Source: Narcine bancroftii
Lineage: Eukaryota
Assembly (NCBI RefSeq): GCF_036971445.1
Contig: NC_091476.1
Location: 140,802,001-140,866,000 of the forward strand
Length of the DNA: 64,000 nt
Reading direction: 5' to 3'
The notes beneath the pieces are model-generated. The model searched no databases. It was not told the DNA's origin and saw only the letters and a program-made list of their open reading frames with translations. The first letter of the stretch is position 1. Every line of letters starts with the position of its first letter. Both the position numbers and the translations under genes were made by a program. This document shows, in pieces, positions 25,901-37,900 of this stretch.

Positions 25901-28900
25901 ATTCCAGATATGGTCTCACCAATGCCTCATCAGTGAAGCACGATATGCCAACCTTTTTTAAATGTAATTCTACAAGTAACAATCAGTGACATTGCTTCCC
26001 AATTTCCTGCAACTTACTGTACCTACACACTAAGCTTGTACAAATTAGGCACTAATCTACCTAGATCTCTCAAACATACCTGGGCACACAATACCTAGAC
26101 ATCTCCATCATATCTCTGCACAAGAAAGCTATGCAATCTCTCATCATTTAGAAAGTTTGCTTTGTTTAGTTTTTGTGTCAAAACAATTTCACACAATTCT
26201 GCCAGATACATAGCCACTCACACACACACAATCTAAAACACAGATTGTTAATACACTTTTACTGCATCTTTGCGACAAACAATTCAAGATCCATCATTCT
26301 GACAGTCTATCTGATTGTAGAAGCTCTTTTCAGTGCAGCAATGCTAAAGTTAGTGACACTAGTACCAATGAGTTACCTTGCATTGTTTCACATCTCTCTT
26401 CTCTCAAGGGGGAATGACTCTCTGGATTTCTCAGGCCGTGAGCGTGGAGGCCAGATCATTAGACACAGTTAAAATGCACAAGTATTTACATGGTGGGGAA
26501 AGTGGCCAGAACAAAGCACCCATGATCATATTGAAAGGTGGGCCAGGCCATCCACTGCTGCTGCCATTTTCTTGTGTTATTCACTCTGTAGTGATGATCT
26601 CTACCTCAGGAGGCAGGCACACCAATTCAATGTCATTAGGATGCTGTCATCAGATGCCAACAATTAATGCATAGTTTCGCCTTACCTTAGCACTAATCTG
26701 GACCAATTCACCATTTTCATGTCCTGCAATGACAAATTCTCCAAGAGGTCCCCAAACAGCACTTGTTATTTTGGATTCATTGGCTGGCACCTTCATGTGC
26801 GGTTCATTATTACCTAAGGATCAACAGGGCATTAAAGGTAAATAGAAATTCTGAATCAATTTACTACACCGCATCTTGAATGTGCAGAGAAATTTTGGTT
26901 GAACACTTAATTTGATAAGTAATCAAATTTCAGACACCCATGTAGAAAACAATGGAACTAATTTATGCATAGGAAACTCGTACAAACAGGATTATTATTT
27001 TTTAAACAAATTATTTGATTTATAATTAACCATTGACCAAAAAACCAGGGTAATCTCACTTCAGACAAATACCAAGGCTGCAGATACTGGAACCTTCAAT
27101 AAATGAGATACTGGAGGAACTCAGCAGGTCATGCATCATCCAGAGATAGAAATGGTCTTAATCAATAAAGAGCCTCAACTCAAAACATTGATTGACCATT
27201 TCCAGCCTTCTGGACTCGATGCTGAATTCTCCAACTTCTGATTCCTTACATTCCGTCTGCCTGTATAAGAAACATTCAGCATTGGCTCAATTTCTCTTAC
27301 TTTATTTGCATTGTCTTGCCATTTACAACATCCATTGATTCAGAGGTTTAACATACTGAAAATAGCCCTTATTAACCCATTTGGACTCAACCAATCAAAG
27401 ATTTTCCCCACTGTTCAGACCACCCCTCTCTCTTATTCCTCTTCCCCATTCTGAGGAATGCTCCCAGACCCGAAACGCTAACTGCCTCTGTGTCCACAAA
27501 TACTAGCCGACCAGCTAAATGTTCGATATTTTGCACTCTTTTGTGAAAAATGATTCCCTGGCTTTCTGCACTGCAACTACCATCATATAATGGCGATAAC
27601 CACGAAAGTTGTTGCCCACTTTCAAATCCATCACCCTCAATATTTAAAAGTTTGACATTTCAAGAGTCCACTGTAAAACTGATAATGGTAACAGTCATTG
27701 AATTATTGAATAAGTCCACGCTGCTGAAGATCCAGCTGCGCTGGGTGGGTCACGTCTCCAGAATGGAGGACCATCACCTTCCCAAGATCGCGTTATATGG
27801 CGAGCTCTCCACTGGCCACTGTGACAGAGGTGTACCAAAGAAGAGGTAGAAGGACTGCCAAAAGAAATCTCTTGGTGCCTGCCCCATTGACCACCGCCAG
27901 TGGGCTGATATCGCCTCAAACCGTGCATCTTGGCGCCTCACAGTTCGGCGGGCAGCAGCCTCCTTCGAAGAAGACCGCAGAGCACGCCTCACTGAAAAAA
28001 GACAAAGGAGGAAAAACCCAACACCCAACCCACCAATTTTCCCCTGCAACCGTGTCTGCCTGTCCCGCATCGGACTTGTCAGCCACAATCGAGCCTGCAG
28101 CTGACGTGGACATTTACCCCCTCCATAAATCTTCGTCCGCGAAGCCAAGCCAAAGAAAAATTGAATAAATAACCTTGTGATCCAAGTTCCACCGTGGCAG
28201 ATGTCAAGTTAAAGTTCAGCATTTAAAAAAAACCCACCATTACGAGAACGAAATTAGAAGCTTGTTGCAAAGTCTATTATCTCACTAAAGCTCATCAGGG
28301 AACCAAAATATATAAGCTTTACTTGGCCTGGTCAGATCCAATGTAAAGTGGCTGAGTTTATACTGTCCTCCAGGAAACTCAGCAGATCAAACAACGTTCT
28401 TTATATAACATAGATAAAGATACATAACCAATATTACGAGCTTGAGCCCTTCATCAATGTACGTGCAAAATGGAGGAAGCAGTCCGAAATGTTGGTTATG
28501 TATCTTTATCTTTGCTATATAAAGTACACTATTTGACCTGCTGAGTTTTCACCAGTGTTGCACTTTTACTTCAAGCATGCTGTCTGGACTTTTGTGTTTT
28601 ACTCCTGTCCTGGATGTCAGTTAGTAATTAGGTGCAACTATCTGTTGGAAACCAGTAAATACAGGAGATGTCACAACAAACTAAACTAAATGTAGGCCGA
28701 TTGAAAGTTGTCCCTCTCCATCGTTATTTTCCTTGGATTTGTTTTTCTAATAAATAAAATTAGTTTATGTATCTGAGAGCAGGTGGCTTCTTTTAAATAC
28801 TTTAAGGGAAGAACATCCAATCTCAGAAGGGAAGACCTTTTTTGGAATTCTTATCAGTATACCTTATCCTTACTTATTTGAGCAGGATCTCGGATGTCAA

Positions 28901-31900
28901 AGAAGCTGACGTAACAATTGTAGCCCATCTGCTTGTCTGTGGTGAACATGATGATGTTGCCACTGAAGTCAAATCCTCCTGTTCGGACTGCAGAGCTTGT
29001 TTTAAACAAAGCAAGTTGCTTCCCTAATAATGAAAATCATCTCATATGAATAAGGATCAGAACACTACAAATAATAAAAACAGACAAGAGACAAAAAAAA
29101 TAAATGAGCCAACATTACCACACCCTGGAACATTCTGGAATCTTACTACATTCACACAGGGACTGCCAAGACTACATCTGGTGTACACTGGGTGTAGTTC
29201 TGCTTGCCTTACCCAAGGAAGGAAAACTTTACCATTGAAGGCTTACCAGAATGACTTCGACTTCCAGAAAGGCAGGACCGTCACATAGGGACAGAACAAG
29301 TCAATGAGGCCAGTGTTTGAGGGTTTAGAAAATTAAACGGTGATTTTATTGAAATGTTCAGAACTCCAATAGAGGAGATGATGGTGGGGGGGGGGGGGGG
29401 GGGGGGGAGAAGATGAGGTGAGGTAGAATCTTTCCCCTGGCTGGAAATGCATAGAACCAGATGTCACATTCTCAAGAGCATGGAATATCACGACCCCTCT
29501 AGCCTGCCCTTTCACTCAACATGCCTGATCTATGTTGGCCTCAATTCCTCTTCTGTGCCATGTCCCCATAACATTCAATTCTATCTCCACCTTTAATACA
29601 TCTAATGATCTGGCTTCCAATCTCAGAGGCAGAGAATTACACGTATTAACTACAAGAAATGCCTGCACCAGAATCCATGGACACTTTGAGAGACACTGAA
29701 GGGACTCACTCTTGCTTCTATTTCTTTCGTGCTGTAAAGGACACCAGGTGACACTGATAGTGTCTCTTCGTCTGCCTTATGGCAGGAAGAAGGCAATTTC
29801 ACGTAATATTACATTTTGTCATATTACATGACAATAAAGGTATCTTGAAAATAATGCCCTTTATTTTGTACCTCTCCCCCATGGTTTGCAATTTCCCCAC
29901 AAGTAGAAGCATCTCAACATTTATCGTGTCAAGTCGTTTTAGGAGCTCGTGTTTGAAAAAGGTCGCCCTTCAGCTTCTGAACTGAAAGTTTAAGTCCTTG
30001 GGAGTCACTATCACAGAGGACCTTTCCTGGAGCCAACACACTACTGGCATAGTGAAGAAAGCACGTCAGCGCCTCTCCATCCTTAGGAGTTTGTGGACGT
30101 TTGGTATGACATCAGAAACCCTGGCAAATTTCAACAGATATGTAGTGGAAAATGTGCTGACTGGCCAGATCACAGTCTGGTATGGTGACAGCAACAATCC
30201 CAAGTGTAGAGCCTAGCCCAGGGAATCACAGGCAAAATCCTCACCTCCACTGAGAACATTTACAGGGAACAGTGCCATAGGAGAGCAGTAGAGGTCATCA
30301 AAGATCCACACCACCTAGCACATGCTCGGTTCTTGCTGCTACCATCAGGGTTCAGGGCCCACCATCAGACTCCTCAACAACAAATTCAATCAGTGATTCA
30401 TTTAAGGACTTATTTTGCATTTAAAAAAATTGTTCTGTATTGCAGTCGGTTTGTTTACATTTCCATTTGTTTACATGTGTTCATTGTGTACAGTTTTATT
30501 TGTACTACCAATTAGTGGTAATTCTCCTTCGTCCACAAGAGAAACGGTTATGTAATGTCATGTATGTTCTTCGACAATAAATCTGAAATCTGAAGAAACA
30601 CAAGCTCAAAGTACCTTCACCTTCTTGATGGGCAACCCTCTCATCCCAGGAAACAGCCTTGGTGAATCTCCTTGGACTGGTTCTAATGCTACTATACATG
30701 TTTAAATAAGGGACAAAATCTATGCACAGGAATCCTGTTGTGGCATCAATTGCATTACTGCAATAAAACCTCCTTAATCTTAAACTCCAATCCCTTTGCA
30801 GTGAAGGCCAAAATGTCATTTGTTTTCATAACTACTTGTTGGAGCTGCCTGCTAAATCTGTGATTCATGCACTCGAAGACATAAATCCCCCTGAACTTAA
30901 TACATTTGCAGTCTCTCCACTTAAATAATAATCAACCTTTTGATTCCAGAATGCCCAAGAATTATGATCGTGCAAAACAGTGTATTCCACAAGGTAGCAG
31001 AGGCTAAATTTAAGAAATAGAAACATTTTCAGACACCCAATAGATCGAACGATATGGGAAGGGATAAAGAGTTGGATGTGACTACTTTGTTACAGAGAAG
31101 GCTAGAAGGGCTAAATGGCACACTATTGCACTCTTTCTTATACTTCAACCTTTTTCTTTCCACTCACATACCACTTTAAATATTCCCTTTGCCATCAGTG
31201 CTGTGATTAGTAATGAATTGCTTAAGGTGGTATACGAGTGGGAAAGGAAGGTTGAGAATCATTGCTCCAGACGCAATTGTTACTGAAATATTTGCTTGAG
31301 AAAAATTATCATTGGGCCATTTCCTTTGGAGTTATGAATCCGTGCACATAACGACTTAATTAGGGATGGTTGAAACAGTGGTCTTCAAACTTTTTCTTTC
31401 TACTCACATACTACCTTAAGCAATCCCTTATTAATCACAGAGCACCTATGGCATAGGGATTACTTAAAGTGGTATGTGAGTGGAAAGAACAAGGTTGAGA
31501 ATCACTGCTCTAAATCTCTTCAACTGTGTTAACTCTTAGGTTTGCAAGAGCATTTTAATCTCAAGAAACTTTTCAATGGAGTGCTGACCCATTCAGAGCA
31601 GGAATTTTCTGAATCAAACTGTTCTGTGTTGATTTCAGCCAGTGTGTTGCTGGGGTAGTCACTTGGATTCAATAAACTCCAAGAACCAGAAAAACAAAGA
31701 TTGGACAATCATTCCATTCTTTGTTACTGTCCAGATGGAGGTGCACATGGTGAATGTTGGGGGGTCACAAAATTGGGTATTTCCATCCTCACCACTACAC
31801 GTCAAAGAAGTCCATTGGGCAAAATCTCAGCCGATGCAATTTCTTGCCAGAGAGTAATGTCATTAGACACTGGAGAAATTAAGAAACCTGGTATAACAGA

Positions 31901-34900
31901 ATCAGCTGAAAACAAATGTAACTGCTGCTTTACAACACAAGGAGATGACAACAATGCAATTTCTCACCTGTTTCACAGTCCCAAAGTCTGCAAGAGTTAT
32001 CTGCAGAACCGGTCAACACTTGCTTTGTATCCCCTAATTATTACATTAAGGACAAGAATCACCTAGCAGTAAATTGAAAGATAATAAACTTGAACTATAC
32101 TCGTTGTCAAAACAACCATCAACATATGCTCTAAGAGCATTTATTATAGTTGACCTTTTTTCCAAATCATGTCATTTCATTGCAATTAAAAAAGGCCTAT
32201 GCAAATCAGTAAGTGTCAAAAAGATGATCGACTTTTCAGTAATCAACCATTGCTGGATAGTTGGATTCCCCAGAGGCACAAGTAGCTTCTGGACAGCACA
32301 GATGGCAGAGCGGTTAGCGTAATCCTGTTACAGTGCCAACGATCGGGACTTGGGTTTGAATTCCACTCTGTAAAGAGTTTGTACATTCTCCTTGTTTCAG
32401 CATGGGTTTTCCTGGGGGGCACTGGTTTCCACAGCCTTCAAAACGTATGGGGGTTGTAGGTCAATTGGGTGGAAAGGGATCATGGGCTAAAAGGGCCCAT
32501 TACCGTGCTATAAGCTTAAAATTAAAAAAAAAATAAAACCCACCTTCTATGCAATAACCATTCTGCGACAATGAAAAAACATTTCAAAAATTCAGGCCAT
32601 TCCAAAATATCCCACAGATCATGAAGTATCGTATGCACTGAATTTGTCCCTGCATTATGCTGGTGACCATCGGAACAAATTATAAAGATAAAGGATACAG
32701 TCCACATCCACGCACCACACTGCTCCTGTGTGTCCATTGTAAGTGCCAAGCCTCTCTCCATTCAAAGAATACCAGACATTAACGACCTGTGCAATTAAAA
32801 AAGCACACAAAGAATTCACAACATTCTGACAAAAGGACATGCTGATATTAACCTTCAAAACTGATATTCATTTTCACTTTGACCTAGTATTGCTGCACAT
32901 TCTCCAAAAAAACTATATAAACATTTGCAGAGATCAAGATATTGAGCATAGGAGCAGGAACACTGGGTTTCAACTGCACAAAACATTAGTGAGACCACAC
33001 TTGCTGAACGACCAAAGGAACTGCTCACATTAACCATTCGAGACTCATATTCATGAAACAATATTTATTTACATGGATGAAATACTTGACGTGCATATGT
33101 ATTGTCTGTATGTATTACATCAGTTGCATGTCTGTGTGTTTTGTTTACACCAAGGACCAGTGAACGCTGTTTAGTCAGGTGGTACTTGTGCATTCAGATG
33201 ACAATAAACTCGACTTGGAGCGTTGTGCATTGTTCTGGTTATCCAGCTGTATGAAAGATGTCATTAAGCTGGAAAGGGTGCAGAAAAGACTCTGATAATA
33301 TGATTGGGAGGGGAATCAATATGTTGCAATGGCTACAACATTGCAGTTCCATGTCCACCAAGGCTCCAAGTTCATCTATGCTAATCCCATTGGCCTGCAC
33401 TGGATCTGTATCCTATCACTACTTTCCTGAACAAGTAGCTATCAAAAACTATTTTAGACATTCAAAATGCACGAGTCTCCACCTCTGGCATTTCATCCCA
33501 AATATTCATCACTCTCTGTGTGGAAAAACCTCAATTTCTTTCCTTAAATCAGTGATCGCTGGTTCTAGACGCCCGTGTTAAAAATATTTTATCTATTCTA
33601 TTGATGTGCCACATAATTCTGTAAACCTCAATAAAGTCACTCCTCAGCCTTCTACATTGCTGTGAGAATGAGCCCAAACGACCCACTTTTCTCTTGTATC
33701 AGCACCCTCTATTGCTACTACATTGTTCCAGGAGTGTAATGCCAGAACCACATGATATTGTGAAAGTTTTCTGTCCAATCTTTAGTACCACTGTGAAATC
33801 CCATTCTAATTCTTGTACTTCTATGCCATGGCTTTCAAAACCAAGCATTCAAAATACTCACATACAACTCTTCTCAAATCTGATGATTAACCTCCACTGA
33901 TGCTCCCCAACAAGGTTTGTCTTTCCAGTATTTTCTTTCAATAATATATTTCCAGCCCGTTTCTCATGTCACATTATGTGTGACATCATCTCCGTCTTTG
34001 AGCTCATGAGGTTTTCAGACATGAGTGTGTTAAAAGCATTTAAGTCCACTTATGTCTCTAAGAAGTCTGCTTTCCTCAAAACTAAAATGGCCATGTGTTT
34101 ATGCAGGTGCTTCTGATCTAACACTTATTGTTTCCAATATCTCAAGAACCATCATAAATCCTTTTCATCTTCTTGACTCTAACTTCATTCAGCATCCATT
34201 TTTGTCTCAAACTGGCTTCTGTCTTCTATCTCAAAAAAGAACATGTGTTTAAAATGCTAATGTGTTGTCTTTATGCTCCTGTAACCAACCAAACTAACTT
34301 ATTAAATCATATCTTAAAATATAGTTTTAACATTGAACTAAGGATTCATATTAACACAGATCCATTACACTTGCAGAGGTCATGATATTGATCGTCGAGG
34401 TTCAACTGCACAAAACATTAGTGAGACCACACTTGCTGACTGACCAAAGGAACTTCAAATTTGTAGCATTTGCAATGTTTTGCATTTGGAGACTGCATTT
34501 GATTATTGTCCAGGATATTGAACTAGGATTGTGATGTCTTCTTTGGCTTGGCTTCGCGGACGAAGATTTATGGAGGGGGTAAAAAGTCCACGTCAGCTGC
34601 AGGCGCGTTTGTGGCTGACAAGTCCGATGCGGGACAGGCAGACACGATTGCAGCGGTTGCAAGGGAAAATTGGTTGGTTGGGGTTGGGTGTTGGGTTTTT
34701 CCTCCTTTGCCTTTTGTCAGTGAGGTGGGCTCTGCGGTCTTCTTCAAAGGAGGTTGCTGCCCGCCAAACTGTGAGGTGCCAAGATGCACGGTTTGAGGCG
34801 TTATCAGCCCACTGGCGGTGGTCAATGTGGCAGGCACCAAGAGATTTCTTTAGGCAGTCCTTGTACCTTTTCTTTGGTGCACCTCTGTCACGGTGGCCAG

Positions 34901-37900
34901 TGGAGAGCTCGCCATATAACAGGATCTTGGGAAGGCGATGGTCCTCCATTCTGAAGACGTGACCCATCCAGCGCAGCTGGATCTTCAGCAGCGTGGACTC
35001 GATGCTGTCGACCTCTGCCATCTCGAGTACTTCGACGTTAGGGGTGTAAGCGCTCCAATGGATGTTGAGGATGGAGCGGAGACAACGCTGGTGGAAGCGT
35101 TCTAGGAGCCGTAGGTGGTGCCGGTAGAGGACCCATGATTCGGAGCCGAACAGGAGTGTGGGTATGACAACGGCTCTGTATACGCTTATCTTTGTGAGGT
35201 TTTTCAGTTGGTTGTTTTTCCAGACTCTTTTGTGTAGTCTTCCAAAGGCGCTATTTGCCTTGGCGAGTCTGTTGTCTATCTCATTGTCGATCCTTGCATC
35301 TGATGAAATGGTGCAGCCGAGATAGGTAAACTGGTTGACCGTTTTGAGTTTTGTGTGCCCGATTGTGATGTAGGCTGAGAGATAACTACAAGATCAGCAA
35401 CCATGAGGCCAAGTTTATCACCCAACACACAGCTGATTGAGTAGAGTGCCTATTGAACCAATGTGCTACATAATGACAAATTAATTGCACTGTGATTTTG
35501 TCTTAAATTGATTTCCAACTGCTTATGGAGGACAGAAAGGGATAGGAACTAGAGTAGGTCAGCAAGTAGAGGGATTTAAGGAAAAAGGATGTGAGGTCAA
35601 GTATGGAATCCAGGTCCACGTCAATAAGCAAGGTGGAGTGGATGGACATTACGCTTGGCATGGACGAGGTGGGGCATAAGGGTCTGTTTCTGTTCTTTAC
35701 GTTTCCATAATCCATTAAGAGAAGGAGGAAATAAAAGGAAAAGCCTGTCATCTGATAGATTTTATTATAATTACAACCCACTTCATCATAAAAATGACTG
35801 CAGTGAAGGGCCAAACCCTTAAAATCACATATCAAAAGAAGGACATACCTGGGGGAAACTGCATGATGTCAAAGCAGACAGAAAAGCTTGGAGTACATCA
35901 ATTTCCAATCTGGGAACAAGTACTTACATCATCAGATGAAGGAGTTGAAATGGCGTGTTCTAATCATGTTAACAAATGTGGCAGAATTAGCATTATAATT
36001 GATTTTGTGTTGATTTGACTTATGGTTGTTGGTCAATAAACTGACAGCCTTGACTTGAAAGGCTGAACTATGTTGGCAGCAAGAAGTAAAACACAAAAAT
36101 CTGCAGACACCATGATTGAAGTAAAAACAATGTTAGAGAAACTCAGCAAGTTAAAAAGTGTACTTTATATAGCAAAGGTAGAAATGCATAACCAATCATC
36201 AGGGTATGAGCAAAATAGCCTGGGGAGGGGAGGGGAGGGAAGGGGGGGGCAGGTGTGGAAAGAAGGGAGAGGAGCACAGGTAGGAGGTGTAGGTGGAAAA
36301 GGGAGGAAGGATACGAGAGAAAACTGGGGGTGGGGGAAGATAGTTCTGTGAATGGAGAAGGAAAGAAGTGGAGGGCTGGAGGAAAGAAGACAGGAGATAA
36401 GAAAGAGGAAGAACGAGGAGTGAAAAATAGGTAGCAACAGATATTTGTTGCTGTTGTAGCTACAAGGAGCGAAATTGAAGGAAACAACAAGCTGAGGTGA
36501 GTTTCAGTTTCAATCGTTTATTTGAAAGCCTGCACGCTGCCCTTCAAGAGGCGAGTGCGAGACTCGTCACCGTGTTGGCTGTGAGGTCATTAAGCAGCCG
36601 AAAAGCGTGCACGATGACCGAAGCAACGAGGAATCCCCGAACCCAACAGCGCCATCTTAACGTGGCTGCTCCGCTACCACAGCCATCACATGTGGAGCCG
36701 GTTCACCTGCGTCGTGATGTGTGCCACCACTCAATCCCCCAGAAATGGCTTTAGTGTCCTGATGCTGGTACCGTTGGCTGCCCGTAGGACGGGGTCTCAC
36801 AGCTGAGTGCGAGTCTCCAGTGCGGTTGGTGGGATTACGCTGAGTTCAGCGCCCGTGTCAACCAGGAACCATCGGCCACTTGTCTGTCATGTGGAGGAGG
36901 TTGTTGATGGGGCCAGCCATTAGCGGCGGCTGGCCTGGTTGTTTTCCTGAAACGAGCAGGGTTGTCTGCATTTGTGTGCCTGGGCTCCCCAACGCTGATG
37001 ATAGAAGCACCAGGTATGTTCGGAGCCTCTGTCTTTTTGCTGGGGCGCGGTTGTGGCCGGCTGGGGTGTCACCTGACTCATGGCTGGTTCGTCTTCGTGC
37101 ACCACAGGACATCCGCTCGAGCTGCGACTTTGCATGGGTCCGAGAAGTCCTCATCTGCCAACAATAGTTGGATGTCGTCCAGCATTTGTTCCAGGAAGGC
37201 ATGCTCAAACATGAAGCACTGTTTGTGACCTTCTGCCAAGGCGAGCATCTCGTCCATGAAGGCAGATGGTGCCGTCTCCTAGGCCGTCCAGGTGCATGAG
37301 CCTGGCCGCATGCTGGCGTCTGGACAGGCTGAACGTGCTGAGGAGGAGCTGTTTGAGTGCTGGGTATTTACCCTCCTCCGGGGGATTGTGGATTAGGTTG
37401 TCCACTCTGGCAGCAGTCTCCTTGTCGACGTGGTAGAACATCGTTGAGTCAAGAGTTGATTTGTCGGAAATGAAACTGTGCTTCCACGTCCCTGAACCAT
37501 GTGCGTGGGTGAAGCGTCCAGAAGGGCAGTAGTTTCACGGCGACTGTGTTTACTGCTGCAGCATCCATGATGTAGAGGCCAGAATCGTCTGGGCTTGTCG
37601 GGGTCACCAATTGTAGCGGTAGCTACAAGGAGCGAAATTGAAAGAAACCACAAGCGGAGGTGAGTTTCAGTTTCAACTGTTTATTTGAAAGCCCGCATGC
37701 TGCCCTTGAAGAGGAGAGCGCGGGACTTGTCACCACGTCGGCTGTGATGTCATGACACAGCCAAAAGGCGCGCATGATGGCCGAGGCCATGAGGAATCGC
37801 CGAACCCAATGGCACCAAGTTAACGTGGCTGCTCCACTACCGCGGCCGTCACGTGCGGAGCTGGTTCACCTGCGTCGCGATGTGCACTGCCTCACTGACC

